This document shows positions 48,514-64,000 of a stretch of DNA of 64,000 nt, piece by piece (within the stretch, counting starts at the first letter, position 1; the number at the start of each line of letters is the position of its first letter). Below the pieces are notes generated by a model. That model was not told the origin of the DNA, did not search any database, and saw only the letters and a list, made by a program, of their open reading frames with translations. The position numbers were made by a program, and so were the translations under genes. The stretch is from contig JAXLNO010000252.1 of assembly GCA_038087875.1 (NCBI GenBank), positions 248,001-312,000 on the forward strand, written 5' to 3'. This stretch comes from Malacoraja senta (taxonomy: Eukaryota).

Positions 48514-49401
48514 GTACAGGCGCCAAGGATGGTGGTCGCTCACCCCTCCACCCCCCTCCCTGACCACCTTTCACCCCCCTCCCCTGACCACCCCTTACCC
48601 CCTCCCCTGACCACCCCTTACCCCCTCCCCTGACCACCCCTTACCCCCCTCCCCTGACCACCTTTCACCCCCCGCCCTGACCACCCCTCACCCCCCTCCC
48701 CTGACCACCCTCCCCCCGACCACCCCTCACCCCCTCCCCTGACCACCCCTCACCTGCTCCCCTGACCACCCCTCACCCCTCTCCCCTGACCACCCCTCAG
48801 CCCCCTCCCCTGACCACCCCTTATCCCCCTCCCCTCACCCCCCTCACCCCCTCCCCTGACCACTCCTTATCCCCCCTGACGTTACCATGGGGGGTAAGGG
48901 GCGGGTTGAGGGAGGTGGGATGAGGGAGGGGGGGCTGGTAGGTGAGGGAGGGGACGGTGAGGGACTGCCACACTGAGGAAGTGGGGTTCGGTGTGGGGGG
49001 AGTATATTCTTTGGGTGATAGGTGACTCTCCCCTTCTCTCTTCCCCCTTGTCACCCCCCTCTCCCTACCCCCTCCCTCCCCTGTCTCTCTCCCTCTCCTC
49101 CCCCCCCCTCTTTCTCTCCCCCTGCCTCTCCCCCTCTTTCTTTCCCCCTCTCTCCTCCCCCCTCTCTACCTCCTCCCTCTCTCCCTACCACCCTCTGCCT
49201 CCCTTTTCTCTCTCCCTCTCCCCCTCTCTCCCCCCTTCTCTCCCTCCTCTGCTTCTCTCTCCCCCTTCTCCCCCTCTCTCTCTACCACCCTGCCTCTCTC
49301 TCCCCCTCTTCTCTCTCCCCCCTTCACCCCCCTTCTCTCCCTCTCCCCCTCCCCCCCTTCTCTCCCCCCCCTCTCTCTCCCCTCTCTCCCCCGTGGTGCA
49401 G

Positions 49402-49743
49402 TGGTATTGAACGTGTTTACCCGTGTACGCTATGTCCGTGCCCGGCTGGGCAGTACCGTGAGGCTGGACTGTGGCTTCACACTGGAGCGGGCGATGCCCT
49501 TGGCGGTAGAGTGGCGTTACCAGCACCAGGGCAGCGGGCGGCTGGTTTACGCCTACAGCACGGAGCAGGACAGGGTACATGCGGCACAGGAGGGCGCCCA
49601 CATGCAGCTGGAACTGCTGCACAGCCACAATAATGCGTCGCTGCTGCTGCAGAACGTGCAGCTGCCGCATGAGGGGACCTACATCTGTGCCGTCTACCTC
49701 CCCGGCCTGCAGGCTCAGATACCCGTCACCCTGGAGATCGCAG
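49402..49743 (+). CDS. TAPBP: Tapasin copy B exon 4 (IgV domain), open
   Basis: 342 nt, ggtgcag|TGGTA...GCAG|gtaacc. Encodes VVLNVFTR...LDCGF...EWRYQHQGSGRLVYAY...NNASL...EGTYICAVYLPGLQAQIPVTLEIA. Confidence 0.93.
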
Positions 49744-50202
49744 GTAACCGCCCTTCGGTCCGTCTAGCCCAGCCCTGCCCCGCGAATTATAGCCCACACA
49801 CCTTGTATTACACCCTGCCCTTCATCCCCTCTACTCCCTGCTAGACCAGCCCTGCGAATTTTAGCCCACGCCCCTTGTATTACACCCTGCCCTTCGACCC
49901 ATCTACTCCCTGCCAGCCCTGCCCTGCGAATTATAGCCCACACCCCTTGTATTATAGTCTGCCCTTCGGCCCTCTACTCCCTGCTAACCCAGCCCTGCCC
50001 CGGAATTATACCCTCCCCTTCGGCCCCTCCACTCCCTGCTAAATATAGCGCACGCCCCTTGAATTATATACCCTGTTTGTGGGTCTCGACCCGAAACGTC
50101 GCCCATTCCTTCTCTCCAGAGATGCTTCCTGTCCCGCTGAGTTACTCCAGCATTTGTGTCTACCTTTGATTTAAACCAGCATCTGCAGTTCTTTCTTGCA
50201 CA

Positions 50203-64000
<13,798 letters not shown>

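Larger units (their letters stand above)
42953..49743 (+). pseudogene. TAPBP: Tapasin copy B, exons 2 (partial) to 4; frameshifted as assembled (pseudogene or consensus errors)
   Basis: Exons and intron flanks are the reverse complement of copy A. Exon 2 has two 1-nt deletions, exon 3 is 334 nt, exon 4 is intact. Confidence 0.7.

Overview
Eukaryotic, repeat-dominated vertebrate genomic DNA. The abundant CR1 LINEs, the repeat types and the gene divergence point to a cartilaginous fish such as a skate or ray; this is inferred. Layout: (i) 1-15.7 kb is a 41/32-bp satellite with kb-scale higher-order structure. (ii) 16.3-22.3 kb is a minus-strand tapasin (TAPBP-like) copy A with exons 1-4, a compact ISRE/GAS/NF-kB/GC-box promoter and two in-frame TAG stops; exon 3 is duplicated across an assembly gap. 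(iii) 25.5-31.3 kb is the same satellite in opposite orientation. It grades out of a 31-bp progenitor-like repeat, is interrupted by a truncated L1 and ends against a Helitron-like sequence. (iv) 33.1 kb and 40.4 kb hold two exons of a minus-strand SOUL/heme-binding-family gene; the 33.1-kb exon's frame is absent from the ORF track. (v) 43.0-49.7 kb is a plus-strand, inverted tapasin copy B with exons 2-4, frameshifts in exons 2-3 and a long CR1 in intron 2. (vi) 50.2-64 kb is a ~14-kb compound (CA)n array. Almost all long ORFs in the track are repeat artefacts. I see no convincing new molecular system. The most interesting signals are the inverted, differently damaged tapasin pair around a SOUL gene, the tandemly amplified splice acceptor, and the apparent birth of the satellite inside a transposon-like element.
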